A DNA stretch of 64,000 bases, taken from assembly GCA_964016885.1 (NCBI GenBank), contig OZ024743.1, forward strand, positions 355,198,001 through 355,262,000, in the 5' to 3' direction. Of this stretch, positions 26,428 to 43,171 are shown piece after piece; position 1 is the first letter of the stretch; every line of letters starts with the position of its first letter. This stretch comes from Eledone cirrhosa. Its lineage: Eukaryota. The notes beneath the pieces were generated by a model, which did not search any database, was not told where the DNA came from, and saw nothing but the letters and a program-made list of their open reading frames with translations. The position numbers and the translations under genes were made by a program.

Positions 26428-27716
26428 ATGGCGGTGGCAATGGCAACAACAAACAAAACAACAACAACAACACCAATAACAACAGCAAGAACGACAACAC
26501 CAACAACAAGAGCATCAGAAGCACCACATTTGCTGCAGCAGCAGCAAAAACAAAACGCTTATTGGATATTGATATTGATATTAGCGATAAAGACGAACAG
26601 TTGGCCCAGGCGTGGAGGCTAATTAAATGGGAGAAGTCCTGGGCAAACCTGACCATCCCGGACGGGGCAATAGCGGCCATGCAAAGGAGGACGGTGTACT
26701 TTCGATGCATTTCGGTGCAGACACGAAAAGTGGAACTTGTCAGCCAAGCAGAAGTCGAGGCTTCTTTGGAGTACATCGGAAGTAACGTAGAGTATAAAGC
26801 AAGAGGCAAACAGTTCGGTACCATCTCGGTACTGTTCAAAACCGAGGCCCTTGCTATTAAGCACTCGGTGACCCCCTGCAGAACGGAACGCACTATCATG
26901 CAACCGTCCTACAGGGGTAAAAGGACAGTAAAGGTCCGCATTCCCAGCATCCCACCAGGAATGAACATATGGTGGCTGCTGGGATGCGTAATCGAGGAGG
27001 GGACAGACACTACCCTCCTGGATATCAAAAGGACAGAGAGAGAAGACTGATCCAGAATGAATTTGGAGATTCTTCTCCAAATGAAACAGGAGGACATGAA
27101 CAACATCCCGGATTTTGCCCGCCTGCAGGACGGGACAACAATCCAACTAATCACTGAGAGAAGAAGGCCACATTGCTTCGTCTGCGGGGAAGCAACGCAT
27201 CTGCAAGCCTCTGCCCTCAGCGCAAAAATGCAGGGGGTGGCAAACCTCCTTTGTTGCCAACGCCAGTGTCAGCACTGAAAGCTGCACCGCCACCACCAAA
27301 AACAACACCAACAAAGACAGGACACCAACATCAAAAACAGCCAGACAACCACCAACCAACAACGAAACCAATCTAGGGGAAAACTAGGAAAGCTCTCCTA
27401 CCTCCACCGCCTCCAATTATACAGATAGACAAAACAATAAACGCACACACATAAAATGATGGCCCTCTTAGCACGAAGCGAGGACATTCAAACAGAGGAG
27501 GAGATTTTTGAAATGAGCACATTTTGCGTGCCAGAAGATTTGCTTCTGGTCCGAATGTCACTCGATTTCTTAAAAGAAATTCGAGAGAGCATTCCTCAAG
27601 ACGTGGGAAACCCGAATGTGAAACCCACATCGAGACTTTTAAAGGGGTTCCCAAAAGAAACCCCACCAACCATGGAGGTCGAACCACCCGAACTTCACAA
27701 GACCCCCGGGAGGTAA
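26428..27716 (+). pseudogene. Tx1 ORF1 (gag-like, CCHC knuckle), disrupted
   Basis: PHCFVCGEATHLQAS(C) zinc knuckle with a frameshift, Pro/Thr-rich linker, stop at 27048-27050. The start is uncertain. Confidence 0.7.
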
Positions 27717-27749
27717 GTAAACCTTCCCTCTCTCTTTTAGCTTGCCAAT

Positions 27750-30700
27750 ATGGCCATATTAAGAGTAGGAAGTTTAAATGTTCGCGGCCTGGGGTCACCC
27801 TGAAAGCAGGGTCGCCTGCTCAACGATCTCAGGTCGCTGAAAATGGATGTGATTGCCGTCAGCGAGACCAGAATTTCCGACACGTGCGCACTAGTCCCCA
27901 TTTTCGACGACTATGAGATCTTCGCATCTGTTAGCAGGCCAGGAATGGGAGGTGGGGTGGCAGTGCTGTTTAGGGAAGGACTGGATCTCGAGATAAGGTC
28001 GATCTTCCGGGACCCAGACGGTAAGTTGGTGGTCTTGGATGTGAGCAGTAGCGAAGGTGGTGCCTTTAGACTGCTGGCCGTCTACGCCCCTACAGGGGCC
28101 GGACGACCGGACTTCTTTAGGCGCCTGGAGACCTTTCTGGGTACCTCTCGCCCCTTACTGTTAGCGGGGGACTGGAATCGCATCTTAGACACACGCTGAG
28201 ATTGTGTGGGAGTAGCCGATAGGAGCGGGGGGTGGAAAAGCCTCAAACACCTACTCAGCCAGTTCCAACTGTCTGACAGGTATCGACTAGATTTCCCCAA
28301 TGTGCCAGTATGGACATGGACCAACCGAAGGGGGTCATCTAGATCGTATATAGACAGGATCTTCATTAGAAAATTAGATAGAAATAGTGTAGGCTGCCCA
28401 CTTTTTAAAACGGTCGGCTATTCAGATCACAAATTTGTGATCTGTACGGTCGACCTAGATAAAACGCGTAGGTTAGGACCGGGTTACTAGAAGCTGAACA
28501 TGTCATTTCCGGCACGTAAGGCTTACCGGGACCGTTCCAACAACTTAGTTAAGCAAAAGTTGACAGGGGGGATCATCAACAACAGATGATGGGGGGCTCT
28601 CGAAAGAGAGATTAGAGTAACTTCGATAGAGTTCAGGAAAGAACTAGCGTTAGAGAAAAATAGAAAGGAGGGGGAGTTGGTTAGACGAGGCTATTTGTAG
28701 TGGCATTGCAACTGACGTGCTAGCGGTGACAATGGCATTGGACAATTTCTTCAATGCGAAACACGAAGGTTGCATTGTCAGAGCTAAGGCGCGTGCGCTG
28801 AGAAACGAGGGAACCAAAGATGTTCGATGGGCCCGCGTGGCGGAGGCGCAGCGTGGTAATAAAACCACATTTCGGTCTTTGGCGGACAGAGACGAACACA
28901 AGATAAGCGACTCCAAGCGGATGTGTGAGGCCTTTCGCCAGCACTTTGCTCGGTTGTTCGGGGAGAGTGGCGAGTCAGAAAGAGTAGCGGATTTCAGTCC
29001 CTACCTTGACGGCTTGCCGTGCATCTCGACAGTCGACGCTGAGCGCTGCGAAAGGCCGATTACTTCAGCCGAAATTCAGGACGCCCTTGTCGGCTGCATG
29101 AGGCGCAAGTCACCCGCTTTGGATGGCCTGCTCTACGAGCTTTACGTAAATATGCCAGACTTGTTCTCCGATCTCCTCGAAGCACTCTACTGCAACTGGC
29201 AGCAGAACGGGAGCATTCCCAGTTCTGTGAGCGGAGGATGAGTGACGCTGATAAGGAAAGACGAGAACAAGAGGGATTCATTACACAACTTCAGGCCCAT
29301 AACTCTGCTCAACACAGAGTTTAAGATTTTGGCCAAGGTGTTAGCAAAGAGATTGGCGCTTGTCGTCGAGGATTTGGTTGGGGATGCGCAAACTTCAGCA
29401 ATCCCAGCCAGGTCCATACACGACAATCTCCACCTCATACAATACATCATAGAGAGAGTAGGATGTAAACCTGGCTTCGGTGGGGCACTGATCAATTTAG
29501 ATCAATCGAAAGCATTCGATAGGGTCGACCATCGGTATCTGGATTTTGTCCTCAAAGCAGCTGGCTTCGGCCCTGACTTCAGAAGCTGGATCGTTGCAAT
29601 GCACAGCGGCACACGCTCGGTGGTCAAGAGTGCCCTCTCTCTTCCCATTGTACGTATTGACTCTCGAGCCTTTACTGCGGAAGCTGGAGCTGTTGCAGGG
29701 CATCCCGCTCGAACCGGGTCGTGGAAAGGCGGTGTCGGCTTATGCGGACGACATCACCGTCATGGTGTCGAACACCTCATAAATCGAGGTGGTCGGCACC
29801 TTATTGAAGGAATATGAAAGGTTGACAGGAGCCAAACTTAACCCGGAAAAGTCGGTGGGCTTGCAGCTCGGAATCTGGAGAGCCAGGCCCATGCCGTCCA
29901 ACAGCATCGTGGGGCGCTGGACGGACGGACCGGTAAAGTTGCTCGGGGTTTGGTTCAGACCAGACCTTCAGGTGGAAAAGAATTGGGACGAGGTAACGAG
30001 CAGAGTAGCCAGCCTCAGCCAAAAATGGGCTGGGAGGAAGATATCACTGAAAGGTCGCGCGGAGGTGGCCCCATGCGTACATCGCGTCCGTCATCTACTA
30101 CCGCCTGACCGTCGTGCCTTGCCCCCGTCCGCGCCTCGTCAAGTTGGAACGGCTCCTCTTCAAATTCTTGTGGAGGGGACAAGTTCCGTTGGTGAGGCGG
30201 TCCATCTGCTGCCATCACCCTCTACGCGGAGGGCTGGGCATGCTGTGGCTAATGATGCGCAGACATGCATTGAGGCTGCGACATCTCCAGATATTCTGCC
30301 TAAACGATGAACAGGTGTGGTCGCCGTTTATCAGACGGGCCTTTTCGCAGCTCATTTCTTTGACTGAGCTGCAGTCCTGGGTCAAGAAGAGACCGAGACT
30401 GGGTGACTGGCACCTGGAATGTTGCCAGGCACTCACTGCCCTCTACCAAGCGGGCAATGCGATCAGTGGAACTTCACTCTCGAGTTCTATAGAGGATTAG
30501 TGGCGGGCAAATGCGATAACGCACTCGGAGAAGCTTTGGGCCTCGACGAAGTCGAACTGACCAGTCTGTACCGGAGAACTTTCGAGCCGGGGACGATGGA
30601 CAATTTCCAGAAATCCCTCGCTTGGCAGTGCTACCGGGGGGCACTGCCGGTTCGAGATAAACTCTACAGACACGGAAGTGCTGTCAGACGGACCTGCCCA

Positions 30701-31110
30701 AGATGCCCACAGAACGGCGAAACCGTTCTGCACGCACTTGTCCAATGTCCGTGCATTACTGATTTGTGGAGTTATGTCGAACAGCTGCTGTCGCGTGTGG
30801 AACAAATCCGGCTATCGGCCAAGTTCATATTGAAGATCGACCCGCCGCCTTCCTTAGGTCAGGAAGAGCAGGAAATTGTCCTCTCTCTGGTGGCAGTTGC
30901 CAAAGAGGTTATATGGTGGACCAGATTAAAAGGACTGAAGACAGACACTTTTCTCTTCGGCCAATCCCTCATCAACTTCTTCAAGTTTCACCTGGAAAGG
31001 AAGGTGAGGGTGGAGAGAGAAGTGCTGCCCCCCAGTACATTTGCTAAAAGGTGGATGAATGTGGGGAGAATGGCTCGTGTGAATGGGCCTACTCTGACCA
31101 TGCGCCTATA
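27750..31110 (+). pseudogene. Tx1 ORF2 (APE endonuclease + RT + C-terminal CCHC), disrupted
   Basis: MAILRVGSLNVRGL, VSETR, VYAP, AGDWN, SYIDRI, SDH, NFRPITLLNTEFKILAK, LDQSKAFDRVDH, AYADDIT and CPRC...ETVLHALVQC. Several stops and frameshifts; the QG motif is deleted. Confidence 0.9.
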
Positions 31111-31408
31111 GCCTAGCTAACTTGAGGAGAGGGGTGCTCTCCCTAGATGCACTAGAAGCGCAGGGTGATTCAGGATTGGTGGGGTACCCGAGTCACCCCA
31201 GGGTCATCCACCCCCTATCGGGGAATTTATTTTGTTATATTTATGCATAGTTGATTATATATTTTTATATCTTCATTGTTAAACTAGTCTTGCCATTGTG
31301 CACTTTTACTCGACCTTATTGTAAACCCCCACTGTCCCTGTCTTTGTATTGTCCCCTACATGTCGGCACTTGTGGCTAATAAATGAAATCATTATTATTA
31401 CTATGTAT

Positions 31409-31594
31409 AGGGCGGTGGATTGGCAGTATCCGTGGAGGGTCGGACGCCATGCTTTCCAGCATAGTTACGTCCCTTTACGATCTGAGTTCAAATCCCGCCG
31501 AGGTTGACTTTGCCTTTCATCCTTACGGGGTCGATAAAATAAAGTACCAGTAATGCACTGGGTATTTGCTGGCCTTGTGCCTAAAGTAGAAACA
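31409..31594 (+). mobile_element. Full-length tRNA-derived SINE with TSD
   Basis: A-box tggcagtatccg, B-box gagttcaaatccc. Direct repeat attattattactatgtata at 31391-31409 and 31595-31613. Confidence 0.9.
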
Positions 31595-31620
31595 ATTATT
31601 ATTACTATGTATATATATAT

Positions 31621-31654
<34 letters not shown>

Positions 31655-32414
31655 ATGTATATAACCAAAAGAATTTACAGTCACATACATACACACATGT
31701 GCACACACAAACAATATAAAAGACTCACAGACAAGCACGTGTACACACAGACAGACAGAAGCAATAATGCAGGTCAGATTAGTCGAAAACACACGAAAAA
31801 CCTTAATTATTATCAATTTTATTTAGTGTTATTAGCGGTCAACATACAAGCTTCCTTGTGATAAGGATATATATATAGATATATATACATAGCGAATGAT
31901 AGAGAGAAAAGAAGTAGTGATTGCGAGAGAGAGGGGGAGAGAAAGAGAGTGAGTCAGATGTCAGACTGATCGACAACAAAAGTTTTAGTTAGGTAGAGAG
32001 AGGAGGAAGTGGTTTGAGGAAGAGGGTAGTGTTTCCCTCTCTACATATTGATAGCTTGATGATCGAAGAGACAGTATTTGTGTGCTAGAAATAGCAATAA
32101 ATTCTCATCCAATTCGCACCCCATCCTATTCCATTTTCGGAAAATAAGTCAACAATTAGCTTGACGAATATCTGATTAGTTGAAAATACACGAAAAACCT
32201 TAATTATTCTGGTAATATTAGCGGTCAACGTTCAACAAACTTCCTTTATGTAAGGATATATATATATATATATATATGGCAACATTGAGGACCGAGTAAG
32301 CTAGATTACAGATATAAAAGACAGCGAGAAGCGAAAACCAACCAAACAATGAGTGTGTTCTGTTATTAATTCTGGCAATATTACACAAATATGACCCTCC
32401 CCAAGTATAACAAT

Positions 32415-32474
<60 letters not shown>

Positions 32475-32483
32475 ATAATAATA

Positions 32484-32889
32484 AATTTGAAGACTAAAAT
32501 CCAAAGAGGGCTCGATAAGGATAAATATATATCAAATATATAAGAACCGTAGAGCAAATATTTATTAAAATAACAGATCGCGTTAAGGGTGAAAGCAGCG
32601 ATTCTTTGCTTAAACTTTAATATATTATTTTAATAAATATATATATATATAGAGAGAGAGAGATAGATAGATAGATAGATATATGTTTTAAATAAACATG
32701 TATGAACGGTCTGTTCTCCGATTTCTTACTTTTCCACGTGCTTACGCTCTGCTAACTCTCTCGCCCACTAGATATTAACACTTCTAATATTTAACACTGC
32801 CGGCACTACTATTGAGCACCTTCTGCATGGCAAATAACTACATGTATCACCTATCCCTCCTTTTTTTTCTCTCTCTCGATACGTAAATA

Positions 32890-32943
<54 letters not shown>

Positions 32944-33011
32944 TAAAATAACAGATTAAAGTTTAAGCAAAGAATCGATGCTTTCACCCTTAACGGGATC
33001 TTCTGAAACTA
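32484..33011. mobile_element. pLTR-like fragments in mixed orientation, same family as 18310-18465
   Basis: 32484-32578 (-), 32579-32640 (+) and 32938-33011 (-) all match 18310-18465. Confidence 0.65.
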
Positions 33012-33558
33012 ACAAAGTCAATCTGTAAATGCAGAAGTGGATATTTCAACAAACGTTGCAACCAGAGGAAGACAGGAAGACGATACTTTGGTTCGTGGAA
33101 ACGTTCCCTGACAAAGAACGGGAAAAAACGAATATAATACGTCATTATTTGGAGCAGTGAAAAACAATTACACGCAAAGACAGAACCACGTTTATGGTAT
33201 AAAAGAAGTCGTAAACTAATATTCTATTAGGTGGTTCATAGAGACGTTCTCTGGCAATGAACGGAAAAAACGAAGATAATACGTCATATGTGGAGCGTGG
33301 AGAACAATTGCACGCAAAGACATATATATATATATAGTTTTCCAACAGATGTCAACATGAATGGACCTGTTATTTTTATCTAAAGACATTTTTTCCAATT
33401 CCACCCCGCCCGTCCCTTCCATCTATCTTATTTCTCATTCTTTCTTGAAAGACTAGCGCCCGAAACGTTAAGACCCTCCTCCTGCTATTTCAAGCGTTAA
33501 TCTAATATATTACGTTCATATACTGTACCGATCGTGTTGTTATTTCTCTTTAACTTTT

Positions 33559-33633
<75 letters not shown>

Positions 33634-33838
33634 ATTTTTTTAATTGTTTGACCCGAATTACTTGGTCGTTTCTATGGCTGTGCGGATAATGGTTTAACCA
33701 TCGTCTCAGTGTGTTTGGCCTTTTTACGTATGTTGTAGCTCTGGTTCGTTAGAATTTATTGAGCGCTTGCCACACATCTCGGAAGTTGTTTTTCGCTAAT
33801 TTCCAATAGCCGAAATACGATTCTCGCTAATTTATATT

Positions 33839-33881
<43 letters not shown>

Positions 33882-34073
33882 CAGTCACCCCCACCTCCGG
33901 TTTATACTGTGCTCAAATATATTCATAAGGCACCTATTGGCATCTATGATAATGCCAATTTTACATAAAATAAAAATTGTTAAAAGGTATTTAATTATTG
34001 CATAATATACTTATTGAAAAATTTATTTAGCATATATGAAAAGTTTGTGGGGCGTTTCCTATCCTGAAACAAC

Positions 34074-35090
34074 CTACAGTGTTTCACCTTGGAACTGGTT
34101 GATGGTCATTGCGTAACTGACTCTTACTTGGAATAGCAATCGTTTGAAACAAAAAGGGACATCTGTTGATATTAGCAGTATTCTAGGTATAAATATGATG
34201 TCTCCCTTACCACATCCAGTGAAGAATTTTGCTTCAATAATGTGAGGGAGTAGTTCGGTCACAACCATATGCGTCCCATTGGACAATCTTGGTTGATCCA
34301 GGTTTCTGAGACGCATGGTGACTGCTCCCTTCTTCAAATGAATGTGACATCATACAGGCCGGTTCCAGGCTTTTGAAAAATTCAAGGAGATAGTGAACAG
34401 CTGAGTTCTCGTCGACAACTTTGTCGATAGATTTATAGGTCTGGCTACCTCCAGTAATCATTCGTGGGAGATTTTTGTTGGTGACATTCCCTGTGATGCT
34501 TCCAGGGGCAAGGATTGCTCTTTTACACAGCCACACCTCTTTGGAATGGGAAACAGTTAATTAATTAAGATATCAATGATTTCACAAAATGATGAAGGAT
34601 CAAATCATCCTTCAGTATCAAGGAATATTTTGCCTTCACCAAGTTTCAGAAGTAAAAATGATCCAGAAGCAAAAACGTTGTCACCGTGAGGTTGTGCCCA
34701 CAAGTTGGATTTTAATTTGAGTTTGGTGAAACGTGGTTATAAAGTTGACGAATTTATGCCAACTCGAAATTGATTGGCGCGATTCCCTTTTGATATCACA
34801 TGTAAGGTTTGTGGGTAGTCCCCTGATAAAATGACAGTCATTCCTCACATGATTGTTGTGCTGTTTCGTATATCATTCAATATCTGTCCAAGGTCTCTGA
34901 TGCTTGTCTGTGCGCCATTGTGCATTCATGCCCCCCAAAATTGACACACATCTTTGCAATACTTCGGCAGCTATTGGGTCCTTCTTTATATGACACACGA
35001 ACAGTTTATTCAAACTGAAGCCGAAGTCCAATTTGAAAGCAAAATAATTTGTCCGACCTCCAAGTAAATGTGTAGCGACAATTCCAAATT
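34074..35090 (-). pseudogene. Helitron Rep/Hel PIF1-type helicase fragment
   Basis: GGRT, ECTMAH, LSGDY.QTL, WLCKRAILAP and LRNLDQPRLSNGT...IFIPRI...FKRL...YAMTINQFQGETL. Confidence 0.85.
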
Positions 35091-35109
35091 AAGAAACTAC
35101 TAAAGTTAT

Positions 35110-38760
<3,651 letters not shown>

Positions 38761-39599
38761 ACCTATATAGCTTTCAAACTCTCAATCTATCTTCCAATCT
38801 CTCGCTGTATGTTGCTCTTTCTTCATTTCATTTTATCTTTCTGTCTATATTATTCAATCCCTCGATCTTTGAAAGATAGTCAGTGATTTGTAGGAAACAC
38901 AACAAACGAAACGAATTCGTTTTCAATGACCGATTTCACTTTTGTAAAAAATAAATATTTTTGCTTTCTTGAAATCATTTATTTATTTATTTGTGTATTT
39001 TTTTGTAGTTATTTCAGTTTAAATGTAATTTTTAAACAGTTTATATATATATATATACACCTGCATATTTATACATTATTTATGAGTTTTAAACCTTTTT
39101 CCCGTTGTTTTCTAACGTCTTCTGACACTTTCTCTCTGTCGTCTGCATTATCTATCAATTTCTTCAAAGAATAATGCGCCATCATTGCAAAGAGATATTT
39201 GAACATTTAAATCACAATACTAGTTGAAAGAATGATTGTTTCTCACGAAATAAACTACATAGTTTTTCGTTTTGAAAATGTAGAAAGAAGTAATTGTTTT
39301 TCTTCAACATTTTTCTTTAATTTATTATTTTTTCCCTGTGTTTGTGTTTGTGTGTCATTTGTGCTATTCAGTTGCACAAAAAGCAGACATACAAGCAGAC
39401 ACAATCTCCCTCCTTGCCAGACGCACACATAACATATTGACTATAGTGCGTAACATATTGACTATTGAACAAATATGCATTCATGCACACACATACATAT
39501 ATGCATAAATGTATAAATATATATGCACCTCATTATGTCAAGTGCATCCTTCATCTTTTAACTCGTTTTCTCAGTTGCCACCGATGATCGAATCAACAC

Positions 39600-40330
39600 T
39601 GGTTCCGGCTAACCGTCAAATTCCTACCTCTACAGGGAAACAGTTTGCCTTCCAATCGCAGGTTTCACGGAGTTCAACCAGCTCACTGTATTTCCTGGCT
39701 TTCCTGTTGACTACATCGTCGATATTCACCTCCCAAGAAAGTGTAATCTCCACCAACATCACCACCTTCTTCATCCCTACACCACTAGATGAGGTCGAGT
39801 GTCTTGATGGCAATGTGGGGAAAGTGGTATTTGCTGTCCAGGTCAACTAAAGCCTCCCACATCCCCTCCATTTTTGACCAGTTTTCTCTTCTACAATAAT
39901 TGGCTTGCAGTATTCTCTTTTACAGAACTTCATCCTGCTCTTCCTTACTACATGTGCTCTTTCGCCATTGTTCATCCACTTCACGCTCGTTTCCATTGCA
40001 ACAGCCAGTACTCCAACCACTTGTTTATATCGCCTTGTATATCTCTTCTTCATGCCCAGTAGGCAACTAGAGAGTATGTGTCTCATCATACCAGCCATCC
40101 CGCATTTTCACAGGTCACTCACTTCTACTTTCTAACGTCTTAGGTGTGTGGGACAAGAAAGGATGTCATGGACAAAACGAACTAGAAAACTGGTCTGGCT
40201 GGCCATCACGACCACAAATCCTTCCATCTGATCTTCCGCTCAGCCACAAACTCCTCTTAAAATTTACACTGTTCCTGTTGGCTGCATATTGCACCTAGGC
40301 CACATGGTGAATTCTGACTTCCTCCCAATT
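39600..40330 (-). pseudogene. HERO/NeSL-like non-LTR C-terminal fragment (CCHC + RLE)
   Basis: FLVRFVHDIL, HILSSC...RYTRRY and LVEITLSWE.NID...RKARKYSELV...CFPVEVG. Confidence 0.7.
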
Positions 40331-40356
40331 TAACTGGTATATATAAATATATGTAA

Positions 40357-40430
<74 letters not shown>

Positions 40431-40574
40431 CAATTAAAATACTAGAGTGTGTTGGAGTTACACACCCTCTTCGTATTATAGAAATGATAGTAAAAGTATA
40501 GCTCAATGTAATTAAACAGAGCCGAAGAATTATGAAAATAAACCAAAGAAGCTTTCAATACATCAAAAGTCTTT

Positions 40575-40619
40575 ATTAGCCAACAATGTTTCGTCCTATT
40601 AAGGACTCATCAGGGCAAT
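40575..40619 (-). ncRNA. Minimal type-I hammerhead ribozyme with canonical core
   Basis: attgcc CTGATGA gtcc ttaata ggac GAAA C att G TT ggctaat, with aataaa immediately after. Confidence 0.85.
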
Positions 40620-40882
40620 TAAAGCTATAAGAAGCACTATCGGCCAATACAACCCCAAAACCTCAGAAGAATATGGAGTGTACAAACATTAAAGCATAGG
40701 AAAATATCAAGTAAAAATTGCTAAGGAAGTGAATAACATTTTGAACCATATTACAAATATAGTCCAATGCAAAAACTAAAGCTAAACAAAGGTGGTAATA
40801 TAGAGCGGGAATTATTGAACTATATATAATATAATATAATATAATATAATTGATAATAATAATAATAATATTAAAATGCCCA

Positions 40883-40884
<2 letters not shown>

Positions 40885-40915
<31 letters not shown>

Positions 40916-41137
40916 GGAACGAGTAGGACCCCGACGGCTGAGCTCAAGCCGTTTCGACGGCTAATTCGAGATTATATATATATTAATATACATACACACA
41001 TACATACACACACACATATACACACACACACATATATATCTGTATATATATACATACACATACATATACACATACATACATACACACATAAATATCAACA
41101 TATCCATACATACACATACATATATATACACACACAC

Positions 41138-41170
<33 letters not shown>

Positions 41171-41596
41171 CACACATACACATACATATACATACACATA
41201 TACATACGCATACATACATACACTCAATCATACGTATATACACACGTACATACATACACATACATACACACATATATACACGCATACATACGCATGCACA
41301 AAAATAGAAATATATACACACACGTCTACATACACACACAAATAAATATGAGAAAAAATATATAATAATAAAAATAAAAATGAATATAAAGACTAATATA
41401 AAGTTGACAGCGAAACAGGCAACAAATAAATGAACAAACACACGTGGTAAGCAATACACACAAATGCACGTACACATACATACGTAAAAATAAATACATA
41501 CACACACTCTCACACATAAATATACATATACAAATACATAAACACATACATACGCATACACAATTACATACACACACACATATACATATATACACG

Positions 41597-41678
<82 letters not shown>

Positions 41679-41811
41679 CATATATATCCATACAAATATA
41701 CACATACATATACATACATATCACAAACACATACATACAATTACAAACACACACATATATATGTGTGTAAAACTCATTCTTAGATAATTCATATGAACCT
41801 TGTTTAACTCT

Positions 41812-41861
<50 letters not shown>

Positions 41862-41969
41862 CACATATATACACACACATACATACTCACATACACATAT
41901 ATACCTACACACGCATATATACACACACATACGTATGCATACATACACACACACACACACATACATATA

Positions 41970-42036
<67 letters not shown>

Positions 42037-42402
42037 AAGAAGATAAATATTATATATATATATAAAAACTAAATATTGTATATATAAAAAAATATTGTAT
42101 ATATGAAAATAAAAATAAAAATAAAAATGAAAATAAAAAGTTGGGAATACGACAAATAATAAATAAAAAATATATATATTTAGAAAAGGGTATAAATGCT
42201 TATAGCAGATTTAGAGCACTCAAGTTCCTGGAGCAAAAGATCAATGAAAATAATCATTAAATCACTGTATGAAATGATGCATATACATACACCCATACAT
42301 ATATATACATATATATATACATATACACATATATATACATATATATATACATACACACACACACACAAAAACACAACCACAGAAATACACACACGCATAC
42401 AA

Positions 42403-42451
<49 letters not shown>

Positions 42452-42609
42452 TAGGAAAAAGTCTGACACCACGGCAGAGTTCAAGCCGTTTCTGAGGCTA
42501 TTATATATATACACACAAAACCATTATATAAAAAAAATACATATACACGCACAAATATACACACGCCCATACACACACATTAAATCTATATATACATACA
42601 TACATACAC

Positions 42610-42700
<91 letters not shown>

Positions 42701-42701
42701 T

Positions 42702-42745
<44 letters not shown>

Positions 42746-42965
42746 GCACAAATACAACAGAAATATATAATATATACGATTATATATACATATACATATA
42801 CATACAGATAGATATAAACATACATACACACACATATATACATACACATATACATATACACACACATATACACACACATATACATACACATATATATATA
42901 CATACACATATATATATATATACATATACATATATACACATATACATACATATACGCAACACACA
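40885..42965. repeat. Long compound (TA)n/(CA)n/(TACA)n region
   Basis: Directly visible. Confidence 0.9.
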
Positions 42966-43171
42966 ACAAAAATTAATATCTAAAAATAAAAATATTTTTG
43001 GTATGTGAAGGGTAAGGCAAAAAAGTAGTGGGGAAAAAGAGGGGAGAAATAAATGACATAGAAAAAGGTTTAAATATAAGGGGAGATAAAGGAGACAGAG
43101 AATACGAAAGTACAGAACGTGGATTCAGCAGGTAAAAAAAACGTAGTGGAAGTAAAGAGCAGGGAAGGACT

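Larger units (their letters stand above)
26425..31390 (+). mobile_element. Full-length Tx1/L1-clade non-LTR retrotransposon, pseudogenised
   Basis: Two-ORF layout, AATAAA at about 31378, and a 13-bp TSD attattattacta at 26412-26424 and 31391-31403. Confidence 0.9.

Noticed and set aside
31409-31500. tRNA gene
   Set aside because: A and B boxes are present, but I see no cloverleaf or poly-T terminator. It is a SINE head.
33070-33710. Further HHR-like remnants (gaaacgttc, gaaacgtta, gaaacgac) and a ~140-bp tandem duplication
   Set aside because: The CTGANGA halves are missing or too degraded to call.
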